A stretch of 64,000 nucleotides of DNA from Eledone cirrhosa (lineage: Eukaryota). The position numbers were made by a program, and so were the translations under genes. The stretch's first letter is position 1. The number at the start of each line of letters is the position of its first letter. The notes beneath the pieces were generated by a model. That model searched no databases. It worked only from the letters and a program-made list of their open reading frames with translations, and was not told where the DNA came from. Shown in pieces: positions 54,201 through 64,000 of this stretch. The stretch lies in assembly GCA_964016885.1 (NCBI GenBank), contig OZ024740.1, forward strand, positions 259,718,001 through 259,782,000, read 5' to 3'.

Positions 54201-57200
54201 CTTACATACAGAGAGGCTAGAAACAGGTCACCTCCCTCTATAAAAAATTTAAAGCAGCCCTTACCACATCCACCATCTCTCTACTTACCTACCACATCCA
54301 GATAACATCAAATATAACCGATTAATTCAGCAACATAAACATATTTTTACTGTTGAAAACCAAAATGTACCATCTCCACCACGTCTGACATCAAATTCTA
54401 TAACAACTATGGAATTTACACCTGCAATGCTGTAACGGCACCTTAAGAATAAGTGCAACTATGCCTCTCCTGGTCTTGATGGTGTTAAGTACCTGTTTCT
54501 CAAACTTGGTGGGTACTTCCTTCTGCACCAGCTATCACTTTTCTTTCAAATCTGTCTTATCAACGGTGCTATTCCGGAGCAGTGGAAAACAGCCAGTGTC
54601 ATTCCTCTGTTCAAAAAGGGTGACCGCATGTCACCTGTCAACTATCGTCCAGTCAGTCTTACTAGCTGCATTGTCAAACTGATGGAGTCCTGTGTCAGAG
54701 AAACACTCTGGAACTTCTGGAATCCTCACAGTCTTATCCGGCCCTCGCAATTTGGATTTATCCCCAACTCCAGCTGCTGTGATCTTATCGAGTTTCTTGA
54801 AGACATCACCCAGATTACTGATGGCAGCTCATGGGTGGATGTTGTTTACCTTGACTTTGCGAAAGCTTTCAATTCTGTGCCAGATAAAAGACTTATGGCA
54901 AAACTCTCTGCAATGGGTGTGAAAGATTATCTTTTTAACTGGTTGAAGTCCTTCATTCTCAGTCGAAAAGAGGTAGTCACATTTCTAGGACAGCATTTTT
55001 CACCTTATGCGATGTCATCTGGTGTACCACAGGGATCTGTCCTCTTGTTCGTTGCATATATTAATGGCAGAGATACGAGCTTAAAGAATGCCACAGTACT
55101 GAAATATGCAGATGACATCAAGCTGTACCTTGAGATAAAAAGGACAGATCCTGAACACTATAGATCTTTCCTGCAATCAGACCTGGACTCAATGCAGCAA
55201 TGGATCACAGACTGGCAACTCAAGCTGGCTGTGGACAAGTGTACCATCATGCATTTTGGGAGGAAAAACCCAGCGTCCACATACTCCCTCCACAACACTA
55301 ATATCAAGTAGTTCTCTTGTCAATGTGACCTGGGCATTACTGTCAGCAGCGATTAGCGTTGGACAAAGCACATCTCTAATATTGTCAAGAAGGCCGAGGG
55401 CGTTTTGGTATCACTCAGCAAGACCTTTGTCAGCCGCTCTCCAGCTATCTATTTAAAGATGTATATAGATATGGTGCGGCCACACTTAGAATTTGCATCA
55501 CCAGTCTGAAACCCCTATCTTGCTCAGAACATTGACCTCCCGGAAACTGTTCAGAGACGTGCAACCAAGCGAATACCCTCCATCAGGCATCTACCATACT
55601 CTGAATGCCTTGCTACCCTGGGTATGGATACATTGAAGTTCCGACATCTGGCAACTGACTTGGTAAACACCCACAAAATTATTAACCATTTTGAATTCCA
55701 TGTGTCTAGCACATGTTGGCATGCCTACAAAGTCAGAAAACAGCACAGCTCCCATGACTTTCGGAAACATTTTTTGATGCTCAGAATTGCTGAAGCATGG
55801 AACAAACTACCTGCATCAGTTGTTAGCTGTCGAGACACTGCATCCTTTAAAACCTCCATGCTTCCTGAGATTCGCCAACACTACACTTGATATCCCCCTC
55901 CATACACACGCACACATGTATATCAGGACTCATACACTGTTCACTTTCCTGACATTTGAGTTCAAATCCCGCCGAGGTTAACTTTGCCTTTCATCCTTAC
56001 GGGGTCGATAAAATAAAGTACCAGTAATGTACTGGGTATTCGCTGCCCTTGTGCCAAAAGTAGAAACACTTATTCTATGAACTATTCATGCACCCTTGAT
56101 GAGTTGTAGTGCACCTGAGCACTGTACACAATTCCATTATTATTATTATTTTATATCATACTTACACACATACATACACAGAAACATACGTACACAGACA
56201 TACACAGATGACAAAAGACATAACTAGTTACATACAACTTTGCTGGACATGCACAATGCACATAAAAGACCACCATAATCATCATCATTGTCATCATTGT
56301 TTAATGTCTGCTTTCCCTGCTGGCAAGGGTTGGATGGGTCTACATAGACCAAGTCAGTACTGAAGCAGGACTACTGATGTTCCAGAGAGGCCGAGGGTCT
56401 GCATCTCGCTTTCATACAATCTCACATTCTATTGAGTGCACAAGCACAATTGGTTGGTTCGAGGCTCTAGCAAAAGACACTTGTTGAAGGTGCCATGCAG
56501 TGAAATCCAACACAGAACCACATACTTTAGAAGTGAACTTCTAAACTACACAACCATAACTGTATTGTAGCTGAGCTCATATTGCACAGTAAAACTAACA
56601 CACACACCATCAATTTTCTCATAATCACTTTGATATTCTCCAACGCTAGATATTTCACCACCTAACCATTGATCCACCATAACCAAACTACTTGTGGTAA
56701 ATATCAGGTTTTGAATGACTATTTCCTTTTTGTACCAGTTGTTATCGAGACCTCTGCTGTTCTCAGTCACCAGACTGCTGTTTTCCTCCACAAAATTGGA
56801 AGGAGAGCATCTCACCTGAGGAAGTAATATCTGGTGCAGTGGATATCGCTGGCCATTGCCATCTTGTCTGTGAGGTGCAACTGAGATATACAGGTCAGCT
56901 GAGGGTGTAGATAAAATTGTCCTGTGAAGTGGTAAGATGGAATATCTGATGCAGTGGGCATCGCTGGCTGTCGTCTATGGCAATGATTTCACCATCTTGT
57001 CTGCTAAGGTACAGTTAAGATATACAGGCCAGCTGTGAGTCTAGAGTTTGTTTTGTGAAGTAGTGAACTGGAATGTCTGTTGCAGTGAGTATTGCTGGCT
57101 ATCCTATATGGCAATGATTTCACCATCTTGTCAGTAGAGCACATCAGAGATATACAGACTAGTCAAGAGTGTAAACTCCCCCACCTCAACAACCTTTCCT

Positions 57201-59387
57201 CTTCCTCCTATTTTTCTCTCTTCTTGTTTGTAAATATTAGATAAAGGCATAGAAAATATATTTTGAAATAAAAGCATGATTGTCATAAAATGACAATAGC
57301 AGATTGCATATTTCACATACTACTGTCTATTGTTCTCTCTCCAGCCTGTTCTCTCAGCTCTCCACTCTCCACTCTCACTTACCACTATATCTAATCCTTC
57401 TCTCTCCACCACCACCCAGCTCTCCACTTCCTTATATACTACAAATACATTTCCTACCTCCCACCAACGTATCCCCCTCCACCCTACATACCACAAACAT
57501 ATCCCCCTCCACCCCCACATACCACAAACATATCCCCCTCCACCCCGACATACCACAAACATATCCCCCTCCACCTCCACATACCACAACCATATCCCCC
57601 TCCACCCCCACATACCACAAACATATCCCCCTCCACCCCCACATACCACAAACATATCCCCCTCCACTCCCACATACCACAAACATATCCCCCTCCACCC
57701 CCACATACCACAAACATACCCCCCCCCCACATACCACAAACATATCCCACTCCACTCAGCTTGCTCTTCACTTTCATCTACCTCCAATATGTGATGTAAG
57801 CACAAGCATGAGAACATTACTTAACAGGTATATTACTCTCAATCCAACCATGCCCCCACCACATCACATCACAAATAATATCTATTACTGCTGAATTACA
57901 CTGATAATGATCATCATCAGTGTAACCACAGTTGAACATTCCTGACAAAGTCTCTCCACAATCCACAATTTTCCATTGTTTTTGGCAACTGCTCCCTACT
58001 GAGGTTTGTATCATCTGAGAGTTGATCAATGAAGGTTCAAGCAGGTCTCCCTCTATTGTGTCTCCCATGAGATTGGCCACACACACATCATCATTGTGAC
58101 CCCTGTCGAACATTCCTCACAAATTCTCTCCTCGGTTCCCGATTTTCCATTGCACCTGGCAACTGCTCCCTACTGAAGTTTGTATCATCTGAGAGTTGAC
58201 CAATGAAGGTTCAAGCAGTTCTCCCTCTATTGTGTCTCCTGTGAGTTGGTTCCTACAATAGTAGCTTGTGTATAACTTCCTGTTTAATTCTTCAGCAATG
58301 TCCTGCAAATACTAACCGTCTTGGAGCAATTATAGTTATTTTGGGCAAGTCTCCGTATAAATTTTCATTTATGTTTTTAGAACCCTAAGCATTTTAGTGT
58401 TTGTTAATTCAAATGTTTATAGTATCTTTACTAGTGGACAGATTGGGAAAATTTGTAGTATTGAATAAAGTAAAAACTTTAGAAGGTGAAACCTTATGAC
58501 AGGGTGAGTGGACAGCAGCAGGATCTTCAGAGGAAGAACCCCCACCAAGCAAGTATTTTGGCCCTTGATTCCTCCTAAGACTCGAAAGGAGCAGGTCCAT
58601 CTCGGTCATGACTCCTATGTGTCCTCCTACTGTTTTTTCTCCTCCAGCAGGTGATAAAACCTTAAATATAGATATAACATACCAACCCAGTATTATATAT
58701 ATACATATAACATTATATATCAATAATTATTTCTACTTTTAGGCACAAGGCCAGCAATTACCCAGTGCATTACTGGTACTTTATTTTATCGACCCCGTAA
58801 GGATGAAAGGCAAAGTCAACCTCGGCGGGATTTGAACTCAGATCGTAAAGGGACGTAACTATGCTAGAAAGCATGGCGTCCGACCCTCTACCGATACTGC
58901 CAATCCACCGCCCTTTATATATCAATAATGAAATATTATATATTGTTAAAACATTATATATAGAGAGTAGGTGGAAACTCACGAAAGGGTGAGCAGGCAG
59001 TAGGAGGATCTTCAGAGGAAGAACTCCCATCAAGCAAGTGTTTTGGCACTTGATTCCTCCTAACACTCTAAGGGAGCTGAGCCAACATAGGTCATGGCTC
59101 CTAGGTATCCTCCTGCTGTCCCCCCCTTCCCTAGCAGGTGACCTTGTTTTCTATTCCTGTGATGCAGTCATCGGTCATAGTACCATTTTGTACTTTTCAA
59201 GAATGCCTTGCTAATGTGGTTTCATGTGGTACAGGAAGTTAAGAGTTAACAACACGAGCAAGAGAAATATAAGAACTTTATACTCACCAGTTTCTGTAAG
59301 TAATGACTCATTTGAAGAATTGAATTTCAGACACCATGATACTAAAGACAGTAATAAATTGGTAAAGTTCCGACCATTTGACAGATC
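1450..59387 (-). CDS. LYST: LYST / beige / CHS1 lysosomal trafficking regulator (BEACH family), partial multi-exon gene, 16 coding exons in window
   Basis: 16 exons join in compatible phases into an open 1730-codon frame. Motifs match LYST as recalled, in the correct order: [77 protein letters not shown]...HQVFNIKQ. Confidence 0.92.
3264..5844 (-). mobile_element. hAT (Buster/Charlie-type) DNA transposon, internally deleted
   Basis: TIRs cacaggttctcaac / gttgagaacttttg; exact 8-bp TSD ctctaaat at 3256-3263 and 5845-5852 (central TA); broken transposase 3952-4950 with [15 protein letters not shown] and PFPSSYL motifs. Confidence 0.92.
4957..5380. repeat. 40-bp minisatellite, about 10.5 copies, inside the hAT element
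   Basis: Unit tgtgttgtatgtggtcctagatgtatgtattacctgctta. Confidence 0.92.
6129..6356 (-). CDS. LYST: LYST exon (VFEKCR...QASALNLL...SFRILK)
   Basis: ttacag acceptor, AAG|gtaatt donor, 228 nt, phase 0 to 0. Confidence 0.88.
6643..6918 (-). CDS. LYST: LYST exon (NNLILIY...[14 protein letters not shown])
   Basis: ttctacag acceptor, AAG|gtgagt donor, 276 nt, phase 0 to 0. Confidence 0.9.
7793..7986 (-). CDS. LYST: LYST exon ([17 protein letters not shown]...DTAR)
   Basis: ttccacag acceptor, AGA|gtaagt donor, 194 nt, phase 1 to 0; F.L.A.GPN motif. Confidence 0.88.
8695..8869 (-). CDS. LYST: LYST exon (VSIVLDGW...[10 protein letters not shown])
   Basis: ttttag acceptor, G|gtaata donor, 175 nt, phase 0 to 1. 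Confidence 0.88.
9308..9935. mobile_element. AT-rich piggyBac-like MITE copies and tandem internal units
   Basis: Termini resemble ttaa-ccct...aggg-ttaa; repeated aaaaccttccatcataatt..taagaacct unit; related pieces near 797, 16975-17117, 29100-29350, 45975-46200 and 49410-49460. Confidence 0.5.
9970..10105 (-). CDS. LYST: LYST exon (...[10 protein letters not shown]...LSGK)
   Basis: tttcag acceptor, AAG|gtaaca donor, 136 nt, phase 2 to 0; ConA/LamG-type WHHL motif. Confidence 0.88.
10330..13180 (+). mobile_element. Tx1/L1-clade non-LTR retrotransposon, degenerate, RT deleted
   Basis: ORF1 remnants with a degenerate knuckle (CFVC...FCP, ~11005-11050); APE endonuclease start [11 protein letters not shown]...DVISISETR (11799); GYWKLN motif; ends in aataaa plus (att)n. 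Confidence 0.75.
13756..13921 (-). CDS. LYST: LYST exon (...[28 protein letters not shown])
   Basis: cttcag acceptor, AG|gttggt donor, 166 nt, phase 1 to 2; WADP motif. Confidence 0.87.
14060..14475 (-). repeat. RTE-tailed SINE fragment with ~49-bp tandem internal units
   Basis: Unit accactttacagagtgtactgggtgcattttatcatggcaccagtact; opposite-orientation array at 25380-25930. Confidence 0.65.
14604..14807 (-). CDS. LYST: LYST exon, start of ConA-like region ([13 protein letters not shown])
   Basis: ttttccag acceptor, G|gtaagt donor, 204 nt, phase 1 to 1. Confidence 0.9.
15940..16580 (+). mobile_element. Highly degenerate LINE 3' remnant
   Basis: [19 protein letters not shown] and LLLWKP motifs typical of a LINE ORF2 C-terminus. 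Confidence 0.55.
17481..17675 (+). mobile_element. tRNA-derived SINE (Meta-domain-like core), full length
   Basis: gagttcaaatcc B-box followed by gactttgcctttcatccttacggggtcg..ataaaataaagtaccag core and (att)n tail; related copies near 1855(+), 18690(+), 21230(-), 25060(-), 27365(+), 40915(+), 55957(+) and 61745(-). Confidence 0.82.
17964..18117 (-). CDS. LYST: LYST exon ([25 protein letters not shown]...SCEN)
   Basis: aaccag acceptor, G|gtaatt donor, 154 nt, phase 0 to 1; SP..Y..FP motif. Confidence 0.85.
19238..19347 (-). CDS. LYST: LYST exon (TQILLFTY...[16 protein letters not shown])
   Basis: ttgtag acceptor, TGT|gtaaga donor, 110 nt, phase 1 to 0; EL.LLLR.F motif. Confidence 0.88.
20236..20302 (-). 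CDS. LYST: LYST exon ([22 protein letters not shown])
   Basis: ctgtag acceptor, G|gtaagt donor, 67 nt, phase 0 to 1 bridging its neighbours. Confidence 0.82.
20385..20620 (-). mobile_element. Expander/REX3-like RTE 3' fragment
   Basis: [22 protein letters not shown]...[12 protein letters not shown]; sister fragments at ~555-685(-) and 43060-43285(+). Confidence 0.65.
21505..22620 (+). mobile_element. RTE LINE, 5'-truncated and degenerate
   Basis: [12 protein letters not shown] motif, WPCLICRKG finger, [18 protein letters not shown]. Confidence 0.9.
22922..23048 (-). ncRNA. Type I hammerhead ribozyme motif with long stem II
   Basis: UCUCU-CUGAAGA-AGGUGAA...UUCAUUU-GAAAC-AUUC-GUA-AGAGA; stem I is 5 bp and the core is intact; a probable Penelope ORF end lies upstream at ~23250-23430. 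Confidence 0.72.
24274..24319 (+). ncRNA. Decayed hammerhead ribozyme
   Basis: 9-bp stem I attgtgtct/agacacaat, stem II gctg/cggc, stem III C-AATT-G then TA; core reduced to CGA, and GAAA changed to GGAA. Confidence 0.62.
24715..24911 (-). CDS. LYST: LYST exon (KPSRNKES...QAMSSE)
   Basis: tacag acceptor, GAG|gtaggt donor, 197 nt, phase 1 to 0, open frame. Confidence 0.85.
26037..26178 (-). CDS. LYST: LYST exon (YSKDDDL...[17 protein letters not shown])
   Basis: CT-rich tract with ctacag acceptor, G|gtactg donor, 142 nt, phase 0 to 1; GY(D/E)ADSE motif. Confidence 0.88.
27900..28451 (+). mobile_element. mariner (Hsmar1/cecropia-like) internal deletion derivative
   Basis: 26-bp TIRs ttgggttggtgcataattattgcggc / gccgcagtaattatgcaccaacccaa with TA TSD; frameshifted HTH region and WVPHE motif; catalytic domain absent. 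Confidence 0.93.
28769..29095. mobile_element. Tigger/pogo-like MITE
   Basis: TIRs cagtggaacct / aggttccactg flanked by TA. Confidence 0.8.
29448..29618 (-). CDS. LYST: LYST exon ([10 protein letters not shown]...[11 protein letters not shown]...TLMM), GC donor
   Basis: ttatttcag acceptor, 171 nt, phase 0 to 0 if the donor is ATG|gcaagt; FDALLR motif. Confidence 0.85.
32497..32681. repeat. Imperfect inverted repeat (80-90-nt arms, 14-nt loop)
   Basis: aaggatttatgttggttttggtctt pairs with aagaccaaaaccaacataaatcctt; the right arm runs into an RTE endonuclease start ([13 protein letters not shown]). Confidence 0.85.
33316..33377. repeat. Perfect 62-bp spacer-less palindrome
   Basis: atattataaagaaaacgaaaaatcagtgatg|catcactgatttttcgttttctttataatat. 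Confidence 0.95.
33460..36290 (+). mobile_element. RTE LINE, near full-length ORF (APE endonuclease, RT, PHD-like finger), disrupted
   Basis: [43 protein letters not shown] and YADD motifs; frameshift near 34240, stops at 35193 and ~35520; (gat)n tail. Confidence 0.95.
36334..36516 (-). mobile_element. tRNA-derived SINE with 17-bp TSD
   Basis: TSD attatggttataataat at 36317-36333 and 36517-36533; same family as 17481. Confidence 0.88.
37085..37345 (+). mobile_element. RTE 3' fragment
   Basis: Closely matches 36000-36290, including the tail. Confidence 0.85.
37718..39022 (-). mobile_element. Tc1/mariner maT (DD37D-type) transposon, degenerate
   Basis: TA-cagggtgtt...aacaccctg-TA termini, ~1.3 kb; WPPNS..CNPMDY catalytic motif ending in D. 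Confidence 0.85.
41260..41460 (-). mobile_element. Fragment of an RLE-endonuclease (R4/NeSL-like) LINE C-terminus
   Basis: [17 protein letters not shown]...TIPV motif. Confidence 0.6.
41490..42980 (+). mobile_element. RTE LINE, second family, 5'-truncated, with long 3' UTR
   Basis: [14 protein letters not shown], intact C4HC3 finger, RLRWYGHV; the 3' UTR carries the ggaagggcatccagctgtagaaa motif and a (gat)n tail. Confidence 0.92.
44390..44912. repeat. Degenerate (CA)-rich low-complexity tract
   Basis: CA/TA dinucleotide runs producing spurious Cys/Val and His/Thr ORFs. Confidence 0.9.
45123..45970. repeat. 74-bp minisatellite, 11 full units plus 1 partial
   Basis: Unit gtgctaga(g/t)cctgtagcagtggagacttccagtgttcttggcacc(t/c)tagccacatccctgctcttgataggttt, exact period 74, no spacers. 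Confidence 0.95.
46950..49410 (+). mobile_element. RTE LINE, older degenerate copy
   Basis: [40 protein letters not shown] and FCYLGD motifs with many stops and indels. Confidence 0.92.
49544..52131 (-). CDS. LYST: LYST giant exon (2588 nt)
   Basis: Core of the 890-aa ORF; poly-T...gtcatag acceptor, AAG|gtaaca donor, phase 1 to 0; contains the [13 protein letters not shown]...HHH and GICCC LYST motifs. Confidence 0.93.
52195..52527 (+). mobile_element. tRNA-headed SINE with RTE-type tail
   Basis: tggctgtgtgg A-box, ggttcaatc B-box, aagaagggtatcca motif, (gat)n end. Confidence 0.65.
52726..53627 (-). mobile_element. Non-autonomous Helitron
   Basis: Minus strand begins TCTATATATATAAAA and ends with the hairpin cccgtgcaatgccggg then CTAG; inserted between A and T with no TSD; internal tandem duplications. 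Confidence 0.82.
54250..56150 (+). mobile_element. CR1-clade LINE, 5'-truncated and degenerate; SINE fragment in its 3' UTR (55957-56072)
   Basis: [36 protein letters not shown] and AWNKLP motifs; (att)n tail. Confidence 0.9.
56828..57160. repeat. Degenerate ~120-130-bp tandem triplication
   Basis: Recurrent tctg.tgcagtg...gctggc, ccatcttgtc and agatatacag blocks. Confidence 0.7.
57471..57757. repeat. 31-bp C-rich minisatellite, about 9 copies
   Basis: Unit atccccctccacccccacataccacaaacat. Confidence 0.92.
57912..58250 (-). repeat. 174-bp tandem duplication of a probable old RTE fragment
   Basis: ggcaactgctccctactga...ccctctattgtgtctcc present twice; translation resembles a degenerate LINE pre-RT region. 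Confidence 0.6.
58728..58914 (-). mobile_element. tRNA-derived SINE, young, with 15-bp TSD
   Basis: TSD ttatatatcaataat at 58713-58727 and 58915-58929; retains CpGs. Confidence 0.9.
59288..59387 (-). CDS. LYST: LYST exon ([33 protein letters not shown])
   Basis: ttttttcag acceptor, G|gtgagt donor, 100 nt, phase 0 to 1, fits the next exon; resembles the LYST N-terminal LLLSLL segment. Confidence 0.8.
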
Positions 59388-60030
59388 CTGAAAAAAGACA
59401 AAAACAATACATCATCATCAGCACCACCACCACAACCATCATCATCATCATCATCACCTCACCACCACCGTCATTTTCATGCCTGTTTTTCTACTCTTAC
59501 ATGGGTTGGACATATCAAAATAACTTTAATTACACAACAACAATATATATTATACGTATCTGTTTGGTAAAGGAATATTGATCTATTCAAAAATGTCCAA
59601 AAGTTTTCATTTAGAATTCTTGGAACAGAACTATAAGATAAACAAATTTTAAACAACTAATAATCGTAAAATATCCTTTTAATATAAATACACATACTAT
59701 TAAAATATATACTTATATATACATAGATAATTGTTCGAATATATTTCCCTCAAATTAACGTTATATGAGCTTTTCATTCATCTTCGCTTTTTTCCTTTTT
59801 CTCTCTCTCACTATTTTGTCCTTCTCTTCTTTCTTCCACTATCATATATTATATATATAAACTCTCCATAGTCGTTTAAATAAACGGTTGCTTTTCAATT
59901 ATTTACATATTCATTTGCATATTCACCCATAAGTTTGAAAAATCCCTAATACATTTCCACTATCCAGAGAATATCCAACTGATAAGGTGTGATTTTCCTG
60001 GGTATGTCTCTATTTATAAAACAAACTTTG

Positions 60031-60093
60031 TATTTTATCTGAAGAAAGCATACCAAAGTGTTTTGGCACCCTTGAAATATATATAATAAAATA
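60031..60093 (+). ncRNA. Type I hammerhead ribozyme motif, intact core
   Basis: UAUUUUAU-CUGAAGA-AAG...CUU-GAAAU-AUAU-AUA-AUAAAAUA; 8-bp stem I and palindromic minimal stem III. Confidence 0.68.
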
Positions 60094-60510
60094 AATATGG
60101 TTTTATAAATATAGTTTCCATTTATTTAATATCATTAAATATTTACTCCAGGAACTTGTTGAGTGCTCTAAATCAGTTATAAACATTTATATTTATATTT
60201 GTCGGATTTCCAACAAATTAAATATCCCTTCTACTTAGATATATATATATATATATATATATATAATCCACAAACATAGCTTTGTTGAAGTTAGGTGAAT
60301 AAACCAAATATTACTTGATCCATTGGTAAAACAATGGGTTATTCAAAGAACTGGAATTTTAGTTGTCAGTACTGACAGGGGTCCAAATACATACACACAC
60401 ACAATATATATATATATATATATGTAAAAGGTAAACAGAAATAACAACACAATTGGTACAGTATATGGAAGGAATATATTAGGTTAACGCTTGAAATAGC
60501 AGGAAGAGGG

Positions 60511-60546
60511 TCTTAACATTTCGGACACTAGTCCTTCATCAGAAGA
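60511..60546 (-). ncRNA. Minimal hammerhead ribozyme motif
   Basis: UCUU-CUGAUGA-A-GGAC-UAGU-GUCC-GAAA-UG-UU-AAGA; loopless stem III. Confidence 0.6.
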
Positions 60547-62432
60547 AAGAATGAGAAATAAGATAGATTGAAGGGACGCGCGGGTTGGAATTGGAAAAAA
60601 TGTCTTTAGATAAAAATAACAGGTCCATTCATGTTGACATCTCTTGGAAAACTGTTGATGCTGGAGTTTTATTATACAAAGCTGAGGCAGTTAATCAAAA
60701 TATTATGTTTAGATGGTGCTGCTTTGAAATTCTCATGAGTGGAGAATATATATATTTTGATATTTTAAATGTTTTAAGTGTCGTTTAGAGTATAAATGAA
60801 ACCAGCTTACTATACACTTCCAAGGCGAAAATATTTCAGAACTTCGTTTATGTAGAATTTGAAGTCGATGAAAATTAGCAAAATATTGACCTGAAATATA
60901 AGCCAATTTCCATTTTACGATTGAATTTTTTGTCACATATTTCTCAGCTAATATACAAGTATATAGAGTAGATGTACAAAACACTGGAGACAAAGCAGAG
61001 GAAAGTTATTTCTATAGAAATTAATTAGTGCTGTAGTCAATTAGATATTGTAAGCCAGCACTATTATCTTATCTGTCATTAAAACTGACACATCAGATGT
61101 TGCTAGCCAGAACACATCATAATAACAATATTCAAGCTTTTGTTTTTAATTGCTTAGTCAAGAGGAATGAAGTAGCCACCATCATCATCATCAGCCAATG
61201 GCTGGAAAGAATGGAAATGAGAATGGTTTGGTGGATAAGCAGAGTATTGCTGAGAGAGAAGACAAACATTGAATTGCAAAGGATGATGGGAATAGAGCCA
61301 GTGACGAATGTTGTGAAGAGAAATGGAATAAGATCACTGGGTCATGTGTTGAGGAAAGATAAAAGTAATAGGATGAGAGGAACAGAGCCAGTGATGAATG
61401 TTGTGAAGAGAAATGGAATGAGATGGTTGGATTGTATGTTGAGGAAGGATGAAAGTGACTGGGTGGGAGGAAGAGCTTGTGATAAATGTGAAGAGAAATG
61501 AAATGAGATGGTTTGGTCATGAGTTGAGATAGAAGGCGTGGAGGAAATATCCTCAAGCTGGAGATGTGTCATGAACCCTGGCAACAATGTGGACTCTACT
61601 AAAGACACCAAAGGACCAGGTGGTGGTGTTAAACTAAACAACAGATTAAGTCTTTGAAAATAAAACTCAGGACACAGAAAACCAGAACAAACACTATAAG
61701 GTATCCTTTCCAAGACAAAAATAATTCTGAGAGTCCATTGCTTTCGACTGGTACTTTATCGACACTGGGAGGACGAAAGGTAAAGTTGACCTCAGTGAGA
61801 TTTGAACTTAGAACAGAAGAACTACAAAAGATTTCATCTGACGCTTCAACAATTGTGCCAATTCACTGCCTGGCACTTCGATAGCAATTCACCAAAGTTT
61901 GGTAATCATTTTCCCAGAAAATATTAGCTTAATATATAGTTAGATTCCATTGTTGAACAAGAAAAAAAAAATTGTTTTTCACACTATTTCAGAAGAAAAG
62001 CTTGCCAAATGAGATACTTTATTAAACATTTCTTCAGCAGAGCTAAAAATAAAGTTATTGTTATTGTTGTGATAGTGAGAACAAAATATATTTTGCTGAG
62101 ACTGATTAAATTGTAGACATATTTTAAGATTTCTTGAACTATGTCTATGAAACTACAACAAACAAAACATTTACATCTGTGTGTATGTATGTGCTTGTAT
62201 GTATGTATATGTGCGTGTGTGTGTGTATATATATATATATATATGTGAGAGTCCTGGGTTCTTCTGAATGAAACAGGTCTAGTCCTGTAGAAGAGATTTT
62301 CATATTAAACTTTATATATATATAAAATTTCAGGTTATCAATAATGTAGTGATAATATATCGTTACGTTAGAGATGAACAGCGTACGTGTAGGTTTGCTC
62401 AACGAGTATAAATTATATTCCGGAGAAAATGT

Positions 62433-63996
<1,564 letters not shown>

Positions 63997-64000
63997 AATA

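Noticed and set aside
56546-56815. Extra LYST exon or small gene
   Set aside because: Flanking exons already join in phase, there is no LYST similarity and no clear donor; possibly a retroelement remnant
57817-58308. Novel protein with a 58-aa repeat
   Set aside because: Interrupted by a stop, no good donor, and resembles a duplicated degenerate LINE fragment

Overview
AT-rich, repeat-dense animal genomic DNA. It is not prokaryotic; the RTE/CR1/Penelope/tRNA-SINE content and (TA)n/(CA)n/(GAT)n tracts suggest an octopus-like cephalopod (inference). The window lies inside one large minus-strand gene, a LYST/beige (lysosomal trafficking regulator) orthologue. I traced 16 phase-compatible coding exons between 59387 and 1450 (5190 nt, 1730 codons), covering the N-terminal region and the ConA-like segment. 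The start codon and the PH-BEACH-WD40 end were not found in the window. One intron uses a GC donor. The introns hold a Buster-type hAT with TIRs and an 8-bp TSD, mariner and maT/DD37D elements, a Tigger-like MITE, a Helitron, Tx1, CR1 and several RTE LINEs (with a PHD-like finger inside the RT), many SINEs and several minisatellites. The most unusual signals are: (1) seven type I hammerhead-ribozyme motifs at six loci, intact to decayed, several beside Penelope-like remnants, including an intact-core one with a very long stem II on the LYST pre-mRNA strand; (2) spacer-less fold-back palindromes (62 bp and ~1.1 kb) in Penelope-type sequence; (3) duplicated decoy splice acceptors upstream of two LYST exons. 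Homology calls come from recalled family motifs, not from searches.
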